From an uncultured Burkholderiales bacterium (lineage in GTDB: Bacteria > Pseudomonadota > Gammaproteobacteria > Burkholderiales > Burkholderiaceae_C): a stretch of DNA of 64,000 nt. Each line of letters starts with the position of its first letter. Within the stretch, counting starts at the first letter, position 1. Position numbers and translations under genes: made by a program. Shown one piece after another: positions 49,827 through 57,930 of the stretch. The stretch is from NCBI GenBank assembly GCA_903822825.1, contig CAIJQQ010000054.1, positions 14,456-78,455 of the forward strand. The letters are read 5' to 3'. The notes beneath the pieces are model-generated. The model saw only the letters and a list, made by a program, of their open reading frames with translations, ran no database searches and was not told the DNA's origin.

Positions 49827-51094
49827 CACTCGTCTTTTTCGCCGGGTTCGTACAGGGCTTCGCGGCCAATGCGGTCCATGCACAACTCGGCCGTCCAGGG
49901 CAGCATGAGCGAGCCGCAGCGAGCATCGCGGTACAGGCGCTCGAGCGGCAAGCTTTTGAGCATGGACTGACCACCACAGGTGCGGATGGCCAAACGGGCG
50001 ATGTCTTGCGCGTTTTCCATGATGGTGTACTGCGCGGCATAGGCCCGCAAGCGGGTGGATTTGCTCGGGTCCACCTTGGCGTCTTCAATGGCGCGCAAAA
50101 ACAGGTTGCGGGTTTGTTCGAGCTTGATGAACATCTCGGCCAAGGCGATCTGTTTGGTGGCGAACTGGCGGCGCTTGACGGGGCCCGTGCCCGCAATCTC
50201 GCCACGCAGATAGGCCACGGTGAAGTCGTACGCCGCTTGCGCGATGCCCATGTAGGTGGGCGAGAGCGTCATGAACATGTGCGGCCAGCGGCTGGCGGCC
50301 TGAAAGTACAGGCCCTGCGGCATGAGCGCCGCGTCGTCCGGCACGAACACGTCTTTGAAAATCAAATTGCGCGACACGGTGGCGCGCATGCCCAGCGGGT
50401 CCCAGTCGCCTTCGATGGTCAGGCCCGGCGTGGTGCGGGGGATGGCCAGGTACAAGGTGTCGCGGCGTGAGAGGTCGGCGCCCTCTTTCTTCTCGGTGCA
50501 CAGCACGCCAAAGTAATCGGCCGCGTCTGACAGGGAGGCGAAGATTTTTTTGCCATTGATCTTCCAGCCGCCATCGACCTTGACGGCGAGGGTGCCGAAG
50601 GGCTGAGCGCCTGACGCTGCTGCACCACCTTCCGAGAAAGGCTGCGCGTAAATCGCGCCGTCTTTCACCACCCGCGCAAAGTGCGTGGCCTGGTGATGGC
50701 GGTGGGTGGCGCGTTGCTCGGGCGACATCTCCAGGTCTTCAGACAACAAGCCGCTCCAGAGCATGGTGCAAACGTGCATGTTGAAAGTCAGCGCCGTGGC
50801 GCCGCAGTAGCGGCCGATCTCGGCCGACACCATGGCGTAAGTGGCGTAATCGGCACCCTGGCCGCCATGCGCTTCGGGCACGCACAGCGCCAGCAGGCCC
50901 GCGTCGCGCATGTCCTCGTAGTTTGCAAACGGGAACTGCGCGTCGCGGTCGAGCTGCGCGGCACGGGGGGCGAATTTGTCGCGGCCCAGTTGCCGGGCCA
51001 GGGCCATCAGTTTTTGTTGCTTGTCGGTCAGGGGGTAATCGTCGCCACAAATCGGCATGACGGTGGGCTGGGTTTTATCTTGCACGTCGGTCAT
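49826..51094 (-). CDS. Acyl-CoA dehydrogenase-fold flavoprotein (atypical)
   Basis: VPEAHGGQG, FSE, INGKKIFAS, WDPLGMRAT, CGG, LERLYRD. Confidence 0.85.
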   Translation of the reverse strand: MTDVQDKTQPTVMPICGDDYPLTDKQQKLMALARQLGRDKFAPRAAQLDRDAQFPFANYEDMRDAGLLALCVPEAHGGQGADYATYAMVSAEIGRYCGATALTFNMHVCTMLWSGLLSEDLEMSPEQRATHRHHQATHFARVVKDGAIYAQPFSEGGAAASGAQPFGTLAVKVDGGWKINGKKIFASLSDAADYFGVLCTEKKEGADLSRRDTLYLAIPRTTPGLTIEGDWDPLGMRATVSRNLIFKDVFVPDDAALMPQGLYFQAASRWPHMFMTLSPTYMGIAQAAYDFTVAYLRGEIAGTGPVKRRQFATKQIALAEMFIKLEQTRNLFLRAIEDAKVDPSKSTRLRAYAAQYTIMENAQDIARLAIRTCGGQSMLKSLPLERLYRDARCGSLMLPWTAELCMDRIGREALYEPGEKDE

Positions 51095-52056
51095 CAAAAG
51101 CTCCGCAAAAAGGGCAGCAGTGCATCGGCAAAGCGGTCGGGTTGCTCAAAGGTCAGCAAATGGCCCACGCCCGGCAGGCACAGGTATTGCGCATGAGGAA
51201 TCTTTTCGGCCATGCGCTGCACCACGCTGGGCGCGGCGTTGCGGTCGTGTTCGGCCGCGATGCACAGTGTGGGCACAGTGATCGTGGGCAAGGCGCTGCG
51301 CTGCTCAAATTGCACCAGTGCGCTGAGCGCCGCCTTGTAGGCGGCTGGCGTGATCGAGCCCATGCAGGCTTTGGCCTGCGCCAAACCAGGGCCGTCAAAG
51401 CCCGGTGCCACCATGGTCGGCACCAAGGCATTGGCCACATCGCCCATGCTTTGGCCTGCTTCCAATGGGGCCAGACGCTGCGAGATGAATCCTTGTTGGA
51501 AATCGCCGCTGCCTTGGCCAAAGCCCGGACTGCTGGCGGCCAGCACCAAGCCTGCCACGCGCTCAGGGTGCTTCGCCCACATTTGCAAGGCCACCATGCC
51601 GCCCAGACTGTGGCCCACCAACACGGCCTGCTGCAAGCCCTGTGCATCCATCAGCGCGGCCAGCGCATCGGCCAAGCCGTCAAAAGTGCAAGGCTCGATC
51701 ATTGGGCTGTCGCCGTAACCCGGCATGTCCCAGGCCACACTGGCGTGGCCCGCAGCGGCGCAAGCCTGCTGGATGGCCGCCCAGCCACTGGCACGGCCGC
51801 CAATGCCATGCAGAAACACGAGCGGTGTGCGTGTGGGAGCTGCGCCCTCGCCGCGATCAGTCGCCATCTTCGCGACGAGGGCGTCGCTCCCACAAATCAC
51901 CTCAGGGTTCGTCCCGGCGAGGGCGTCGCTCCCACAAATCACCTCAGGGTTCATCCCGGCGAGGGCGTCGCTCCCACAAGTCATCTCAGGATGCTTCGCG
52001 ACGGGGGCGTCGCTCCCACAGGCGGGCACAGCCACGCAAGACATCTGGGTGCTCAT
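51094..52056 (-). CDS. Alpha/beta hydrolase with REP-derived N-terminal repeats
   Basis: FLHGIGG, DMPGYG, GHSLGG, HD, GH; ATG 52056 overlaps upstream stop (ATGA); N-terminus has four CGSDA repeats. Confidence 0.85.
   Translation of the reverse strand: MSTQMSCVAVPACGSDAPVAKHPEMTCGSDALAGMNPEVICGSDALAGTNPEVICGSDALVAKMATDRGEGAAPTRTPLVFLHGIGGRASGWAAIQQACAAAGHASVAWDMPGYGDSPMIEPCTFDGLADALAALMDAQGLQQAVLVGHSLGGMVALQMWAKHPERVAGLVLAASSPGFGQGSGDFQQGFISQRLAPLEAGQSMGDVANALVPTMVAPGFDGPGLAQAKACMGSITPAAYKAALSALVQFEQRSALPTITVPTLCIAAEHDRNAAPSVVQRMAEKIPHAQYLCLPGVGHLLTFEQPDRFADALLPFLRSF
51832..52020. repeat. Intragenic REP array: four tandem copies (42-bp period) plus one inverted
   Basis: ...GGCGTCGCTCCCACA ends at 51894, 51936, 51978, 52020; inverted TGTGGGAGCTGCGCCCTCGCCGCGA at 51832-51856. 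Confidence 0.92.
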
Positions 52057-53138
52057 GCCAGCACCGCGCTCACGACTTGGCCCGCATCGACCACCACCGT
52101 GTCGTCGAGCCGGATGGTGCAGCCACGCATGGGCAAGTCAAAGTGGCCCAGTGTGTGGCGGCCTGCGACTTCGTTGGCCCCGGTTGAATACAAAAAGTTG
52201 CCCGCAAAAGCCCGCAGCTCGGTGCCGTTGCAATCGCGCTTGTCATAGAACGCCATCGCGTCCCAACGCGCCGCCGGGTTCAGGCCAAAGCCCACATGCG
52301 AGACCGCGTAGGCGGCGCGGTGGCCCTCAAAGTCTTCCCAGGCCTTGTAGTAGCCGCGCATCATGTCCACATCGACGCCCTGCCCCTCGATAGCGACCAC
52401 ACTGTCGTTCTCAATCGTCAGGCGGATCGTGTCGCGCAAATAGCTTTTGAAGGTCAGGTTCACATCGCCCGGGGCCATGACCAGCGTGCCATTGACACTG
52501 CCTGCGGCCGGGAATGCCAGCGCCAGCCCGGCAGGCCAGTGCGACACCATGCCCGGCTTGGGGCAAAAGCCCCACACACCGCCCACCACCGCTTGCTTGT
52601 CGCCATGTTTCAGGTTCACGATCAGGTCAGTGCCTGCGGCAGACGTGACGTGCATTTGTTGTGCGCCACGCAGTTTCTTCATGGCGGCACGCACCACACC
52701 TTCGAGCGCCGGATCGGGCACGGTGCGCTCCAAAATTTCAGGGTGCTCGTTGGACACCATGAGCAGACGCGGCATGTGCCCGTCCACGCCCTTCATGATG
52801 GTGGGCAACTCGGGCGCGTGCAGCAGGCCCTCGACGGTGCAGTCCACCACCATGTCGGCGCGGGCCAATGCAGCCACCACGGGGCCGAGCTGGCCAATGG
52901 CGTCGCTGGCCCCTGTCGAGCGCACGGGCGCAGGCGCTGTCAGTGCGGGCGTGGTCAACGTCACTTCGAACACGCGGGCACCCATGCCCTCCAGCGCCAA
53001 ACGGGCAAGTTCCACGTTCACACGGCGCGACTGGGTTTCGGCCAAAATGGCCACCACTTCACCGGGCTGCACTTTGCACAAAGTGAAGGTACGGGTAAAC
53101 GCCGAGAGCCACCTGTTTTCGATTCGTTCCACCAGCAT
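52053..53138 (-). CDS. NicX-like (M29 peptidase fold) ring-cleavage dioxygenase homolog
   Basis: SHWPAG, MAPGD, SHVGFGLNPAARW, RAFAGNFLYSTG, GHFDLPMRGC resemble 2,5-dihydroxypyridine 5,6-dioxygenase motifs. Confidence 0.72.
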   Translation of the reverse strand: MLVERIENRWLSAFTRTFTLCKVQPGEVVAILAETQSRRVNVELARLALEGMGARVFEVTLTTPALTAPAPVRSTGASDAIGQLGPVVAALARADMVVDCTVEGLLHAPELPTIMKGVDGHMPRLLMVSNEHPEILERTVPDPALEGVVRAAMKKLRGAQQMHVTSAAGTDLIVNLKHGDKQAVVGGVWGFCPKPGMVSHWPAGLALAFPAAGSVNGTLVMAPGDVNLTFKSYLRDTIRLTIENDSVVAIEGQGVDVDMMRGYYKAWEDFEGHRAAYAVSHVGFGLNPAARWDAMAFYDKRDCNGTELRAFAGNFLYSTGANEVAGRHTLGHFDLPMRGCTIRLDDTVVVDAGQVVSAVLA

Positions 53139-53196
53139 GCTTGTCTCCTTGACGGACAGGTTCCGCGCAAGACGCGCTCGACCTCATGCCAAACAG

Positions 53197-53218
53197 TTTA
53201 TATGAATATTCATGTAAA
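53197..53218. promoter_or_regulatory. Palindromic operator in divergent promoter (probably MarR)
   Basis: TTTATATGAATATTCATGTAAA, 22-bp palindrome with one mismatched pair. Confidence 0.7.
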
Positions 53219-53236
53219 TTCATCCATAATCACCCT

Positions 53237-53785
53237 ATGCGCCCTAAACATCCACCGACCATTGAACCCCTGAGCCCTGACTTTGAGGCAACCCACTTTC
53301 GGCAGGCCCTGTCGCGCTTCGCCACGGGCGTCACGGTCATCACCACCTTCGCGCCCGATGCACAAAAAGGCGACACGGCCAGCAGCAGCTTTGTGGGCAT
53401 CACCGCCAGTTCGTTCAACTCGGTGTCGCTCACGCCGCCACTGGTGCTGTGGAGCCTCGGGCACCGCGCCAGCAGCCTGCCGCTGTTCCATGCGGGCACA
53501 CACTATGTGGTCAACGTGCTGGCGGTCGATCAGCTCGATCTGTGCCAACGCTTTTCATCCGGCCAAGGCGACCGCTTTGCCCAAACCGACTACAGCCTGG
53601 GGCAAGCGGGCTTGCCCATCTTGAAAGGCGCACTGGCCTGGTTCGAATGCCACAACCGCAGTCGCTACGATGAAGGCGACCACGTGATTTTTGTGGGCGA
53701 GGTTGAGCGCTGTGGCTTGTCTGACGGTGGGCAGCCTTTGGTGTACCAAAACAGCCAATTCAGCACCTTGCAAAAATTGCCATGA
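53237..53785 (+). CDS. Flavin reductase (HpaC/RutF-like)
   Basis: FRQALSRFATGVTVIT, SFNSVSLTPPLVLWS, GDHVIFVG, PLVY. Confidence 0.92.
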   Translation: MRPKHPPTIEPLSPDFEATHFRQALSRFATGVTVITTFAPDAQKGDTASSSFVGITASSFNSVSLTPPLVLWSLGHRASSLPLFHAGTHYVVNVLAVDQLDLCQRFSSGQGDRFAQTDYSLGQAGLPILKGALAWFECHNRSRYDEGDHVIFVGEVERCGLSDGGQPLVYQNSQFSTLQKLP

Positions 53786-54258
53786 GCGCCCCACCCGGTT
53801 TTGTCGACGACTACTTGGCCTACCTGCTGGCGCGCGCGAGCCACCTGATTTCGAGTGAGTTTCATGCCGTGGTCGAAGCGAGCGGCCTGAGTCTCTTGGA
53901 ATGGCGCGTCATGGCCAGCCTGTCAGGCAAAGACGCGCTGAGCGTGGGCGAGTTGGCCGACATCGTGCTGGCCAAGCAGCCCACCGTGACCAAGCTGGTG
54001 GGCCGCATGGCAGAGGCGGGTTGGGTCAAACGTGTTGACGCCCCGCACGACAAACGCCAGTCGCTGGTGAGTTTGACAGCCGCGGGCAAGCGCAAGGTTC
54101 AACCCCTGCTGCTCCAAGCCAAGGCGCATGAAGCGCAGGTGATGGACAAACTGGGTTTGGCACAAGCGCAACGGCTCAAAGTGGTTCTGGCCAAACTGAT
54201 TGCATCCAAAAGCGTTGCCCAGGGGGTGCGTCAGGGATCATTCCCATCCAACGGGTGA
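53782..54258 (+). CDS. MarR family transcriptional regulator
   Basis: EWRVM, ELA..QPTVTK, DKR...LTAAG. Confidence 0.9.
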   Translation: MSAPPGFVDDYLAYLLARASHLISSEFHAVVEASGLSLLEWRVMASLSGKDALSVGELADIVLAKQPTVTKLVGRMAEAGWVKRVDAPHDKRQSLVSLTAAGKRKVQPLLLQAKAHEAQVMDKLGLAQAQRLKVVLAKLIASKSVAQGVRQGSFPSNG

Positions 54259-54711
54259 AGGCGCCAACATGGTGCCTCTGCACTTGGCCGCACCGCAACG
54301 GCATGCATAGCGCGCCTTGAGGGCTTCGGTCATGGGCTCGTCGCTCACCAAGCCATAGTCAAACGTCAGTTCCTCGCCGCGAAAAACAGGTCTGCGGGTC
54401 TTGATGAAGATGCGGCCGTCCGCTTCATCGGGCTCGCAGTTGGGGCGACACGAATGGTTGATCCATTTGGAGTCGTTGCCACCGTACAGCGCATCGATGA
54501 CACGGCCATCGTCCAGGTGAAAATAAAACGTGTGGTCGGGGTTGCTGGCGTCGTGCGGGTGGCGGGCTATTGCCTCGGCCATGCTGATGACCTCGCCCAC
54601 GTATTCGATCAGCGTCTCGCCTGCGGCCATGTGGCGCATGGCAAAGACCCCCTGGCCGTGGACGCCAGAGGACTGCACAAAAAGGGCTTGGGGGTCGATT
54701 GAATGCGTCAA
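54238..54711 (-). CDS. SET domain protein with post-SET motif
   Basis: HGQGVFA, IEYVGE, INHSCRPNC, GEELTFDY, CRCGAAKCRG. Confidence 0.9.
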   Translation of the reverse strand: MTHSIDPQALFVQSSGVHGQGVFAMRHMAAGETLIEYVGEVISMAEAIARHPHDASNPDHTFYFHLDDGRVIDALYGGNDSKWINHSCRPNCEPDEADGRIFIKTRRPVFRGEELTFDYGLVSDEPMTEALKARYACRCGAAKCRGTMLAPSPVGWE

Positions 54712-54893
54712 AATCCATCCCTTGAAAACCGTTGAATTTCAAGCCGTCACCTTGCCATCCGGGAATGCCTCGACAGCAAAGCCATCCCTTGGCCGAATGA
54801 ATGTTGGCAGGTCGCGCCGACTCCTCGACTCGGTTCAAGCCAACTTCACAAGGCCCTGCTATTGTCATCGGCAGACCGCTCACAAAGGCCCCC

Positions 54894-56132
54894 ATGTTTT
54901 CAAATAAATCCTTGCGCACTGCCCTGATGGTGCTCTTCGCGCTGTGCGGACAAATCAGCGGGGCACACGCCCAGGATCAGTCCGCCGTGACCGACCCCAA
55001 ACCGCTGGTCTTGTTGATCGGCTTGGACGGGTTCAAACCCGCTTACCTGTCGGCTGAAACAACGCCCCACTTGCTGGCATTGGCCCAACAAGGTGTGCAA
55101 GCAAAAGGCTTGGTCTCGTCATTTCCTACATTGACCTTTCCCAATCATCTGACATTGGTGACTGGGCAAACGCCTGACCACCACGGCATCGTCAACAACA
55201 ACATGCTCGACCCCGGTACGCCCCAGCGTTTCAGCCTGGGCTCTCGCGAAGCCGTTGAAAATCCTTTCTGGTGGCAGGCCGCCCGCCCGATCTGGGTGAC
55301 CGCACAACAACAGGGCAAGGTGGCCTCTACCTTGTTCTGGCCCGGATCGGAAACCAGCATCCAAGGTGTGAGGCCCAGCGACTGGCTGCCTTACGAACAC
55401 AGCATGACGCATGAAACGCGTCTGGCCACTTTGCTGTCATGGTTGTCCCGACCCCAAGCACAACGGCCTGACTTCGCCACGCTGTATTTGTCTGATGTCG
55501 ATTCAGCCGGGCATGTGGCCGGCCCTGACAGCCAGGCCGTCAAAGAGGCCGCCGCCAAAGTCGACCGTACTCTGGGCCAACTGATGGCCCAATTGAATCA
55601 AAAGGGCTTGCTGGCGCAAACGACATGGGTGGTCGTGTCGGACCATGGCATGGCGCTGACGCCACCCAGTCAGGTCATTTCAGTTCAGTCTTTGCTGTCG
55701 GCCTTCCCGGCGGCACGTTGGGAGTGGCTTGGCGCCACCTCAGGTGTCCGGCTGAATGGCGAATCGCAAGAGGCCGTTTTGAAAGCACTGGCAACTGTTC
55801 AACATGTCTCCTGCTGGCCCAAGGGCAACATGCCCAAGCGCTTCAAGTTCGGCACCCACCCGCGCATTCCGGACATCGTGTGCTTGTCAGAAGCGGGCTA
55901 CAGCGTTGCCGACAACCCCGCTCAAAAAGGCCCTTTGGGTCAACACGGCTACGACCCCGAGCACCCCGACATGCACGGCCTGTTGATTGTGTCGGGGCAA
56001 GGCATACCGCAACGTCAATTGGGCTTGGTGAGCAATCTGGAAATTCATGGCTTGCTCAGCAAGCTTTTGGGCATCGTTGCGCCTGCTGACGATGGCGAGG
56101 GCACTTTGGTCCCACAAATCTTCCATCCCTGA
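54894..56132 (+). CDS. Nucleotide pyrophosphatase/phosphodiesterase (NPP, alkaline phosphatase superfamily)
   Basis: Signal peptide; LDGF, PTLTFPNH, DSAGH, SDHGM, GQHGYD. Confidence 0.9.
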   Translation: MFSNKSLRTALMVLFALCGQISGAHAQDQSAVTDPKPLVLLIGLDGFKPAYLSAETTPHLLALAQQGVQAKGLVSSFPTLTFPNHLTLVTGQTPDHHGIVNNNMLDPGTPQRFSLGSREAVENPFWWQAARPIWVTAQQQGKVASTLFWPGSETSIQGVRPSDWLPYEHSMTHETRLATLLSWLSRPQAQRPDFATLYLSDVDSAGHVAGPDSQAVKEAAAKVDRTLGQLMAQLNQKGLLAQTTWVVVSDHGMALTPPSQVISVQSLLSAFPAARWEWLGATSGVRLNGESQEAVLKALATVQHVSCWPKGNMPKRFKFGTHPRIPDIVCLSEAGYSVADNPAQKGPLGQHGYDPEHPDMHGLLIVSGQGIPQRQLGLVSNLEIHGLLSKLLGIVAPADDGEGTLVPQIFHP

Positions 56133-56159
56133 CAAGCCATCTGTGCGGCCCACCTGGCG

Positions 56160-56195
56160 GCCCTCATGTCAGCCCTCATGGCAGCCCTCATGGCG
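56160..56195. repeat. 12-bp tandem repeat x3
   Basis: GCCCTCATG at 56160, 56172, 56184. Confidence 0.7.
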
Positions 56196-56261
56196 ACAGG
56201 CTTTGCCCCTCTGAGTCTGCTTTAATTTGCTGCAACTGCAATAAAACAGAAGGTGGTCGCT

Positions 56262-57740
56262 ATGTCATGCGTCATGGGTTGGGATGAATGGGCCAAGCAC
56301 GATGCCGTGGGGCTGGCCGAACGGGTCAAGCGCGGCGAACTGACCCCCACCGAGCTGGCCCGCCAAACAGCGGCGGCCATTGCCCAAGTCAACCCCACGC
56401 TCAGCGCCGTGGTTGAAGTGTTTGACGACTTGGTGAACAACCCCACTGGCGACGGCATGAACCCCGATGGGCCGTTTGCAGGCGTGCCCTACCTCATGAA
56501 AGACCTGGGCCCCACGCTGAAGGGCCGTTTGCAAGAGATGGGCTCGCTTTTGATGCGCGGCAACCGCCCTACAACTGACAGCTACCTGGCCGGGCGCATC
56601 AAACAAGCCGGGCTCAACGTGATCGGCCGCACCACCACGCCCGAGTTTGGCGTGTGCAGCTCGGCCGAAAACCCGTCCGTGTATGTGACGCGCAACCCTT
56701 GGAATCTGGAATACACCACCTGCGGCTCTTCGGCGGGCACCGCTGCGGCTTTGGCTGCGGGTGTGTTGCCCCTGTCGCACGCCACCGACGGCGGCGGCTC
56801 GATCCGCATCCCGGCGGGCTTCAACGGCAACATTGGCCTCAAAGCTTCACGTGGCGTGTTCTCGATCGCGCCTGGCGCTTCCGACATCACCGGCTTTGTG
56901 TCGACGCAGGGGTGTCAGAGCCGAACCGTGCGCGACACCGCCGCGTTTGTGGACCATTGCCGTGGCGGCGCACCGGGCGAGTTCATGCCATATTGGTCTG
57001 CGCCCGAGCCCTACAGCACACTCATCCAGCGCGACCCTGGCCGCCTGCGCATCGCACTCTCACACGAATGGGGCCACTACCGAGCCGTGCCGCACTTTGT
57101 GGCCGAACTCGAAAAGGCCGGGCGCTTTTTGGAGAGTCTGGGCCACCACGTCGAATGGGCGCTGCCCCAAGTGGACCTGGAAGCCGCGTTTGCCGCACAG
57201 ACCACCTGCTACATCAGCAACTTTGCGCAGACCATCACCAACCTGATCAAGCCCCTGGGGCTGGAGCGCCCGCCTGCTGATTTGGTGGAGCCGATCAACA
57301 TCAAGATCTGGGAAGAAGGCCTCAAAACCAGCTACGCCGAACGCGCCCTCATGCAAGCCGTGTTCAACACCACATCGCGCGGCTTTGGTGAATTCTTTGA
57401 GCAGTGGGACATCATCCTCACGCCCATCACCGCCCTGCCCACACCCAAGCTGGGCACCACCGAATACCTGACGATCAGCGACAACCCCTCGGTCTACGAC
57501 TGGTTCGAAAACCTTTGGCGCAACTTTGCCTACACCCCGCTGTCCAACCTGTGCGGCATCCCCGGCATCTCGCTGCCTATGGCCACGCAAGACAACGGCC
57601 TGCCCCTGGGCATCCAGGCCCAGGCCGCCCAAGCCAACGACGGCTTGCTGCTGCAACTGGCGGCGCAAATTGAACGGGCGCTGGGGGGAAAGTGGAACGG
57701 TGGGCGACGGCCGGGGGTGCATGTGACGCAAGGGACTTAG
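56262..57740 (+). CDS. Amidase-signature family amidase (NylA-like subgroup)
   Basis: GVPYLMKDL, GRTTTPEFG, TRNPWN, CGSSAG, DGGGSIRIPA. Confidence 0.87.
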   Translation: MSCVMGWDEWAKHDAVGLAERVKRGELTPTELARQTAAAIAQVNPTLSAVVEVFDDLVNNPTGDGMNPDGPFAGVPYLMKDLGPTLKGRLQEMGSLLMRGNRPTTDSYLAGRIKQAGLNVIGRTTTPEFGVCSSAENPSVYVTRNPWNLEYTTCGSSAGTAAALAAGVLPLSHATDGGGSIRIPAGFNGNIGLKASRGVFSIAPGASDITGFVSTQGCQSRTVRDTAAFVDHCRGGAPGEFMPYWSAPEPYSTLIQRDPGRLRIALSHEWGHYRAVPHFVAELEKAGRFLESLGHHVEWALPQVDLEAAFAAQTTCYISNFAQTITNLIKPLGLERPPADLVEPINIKIWEEGLKTSYAERALMQAVFNTTSRGFGEFFEQWDIILTPITALPTPKLGTTEYLTISDNPSVYDWFENLWRNFAYTPLSNLCGIPGISLPMATQDNGLPLGIQAQAAQANDGLLLQLAAQIERALGGKWNGGRRPGVHVTQGT

Positions 57741-57930
57741 AAAGCCTGAACCAAAGCGCTCATTGTTTTCAAACCGCCATATTTCCTACATCTGATGGTC
57801 ATGAATGTGATCGAAGATTGATCAGACCCGTTGAGACAAAAGACCTGCTGCTCTTCAAGCATTGTGCAGGAATGCACTGGGTCTGTTCAACATCTCTGAC
57901 TTCATGACACATCCATTTGAGGAAATTTCC

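Noticed and set aside
51870-52020. Regularly spaced 25-bp repeats resembling a mini CRISPR array
   Set aside because: The 17-bp spacers are nearly identical to each other, the repeat matches the local REP family, and there are no cas genes in the window.
56160-56195. 12-bp repeat x3 as a regulatory or phase-variation element
   Set aside because: Short, intergenic and not overlapping any evident signal; kept only as a repeat feature.
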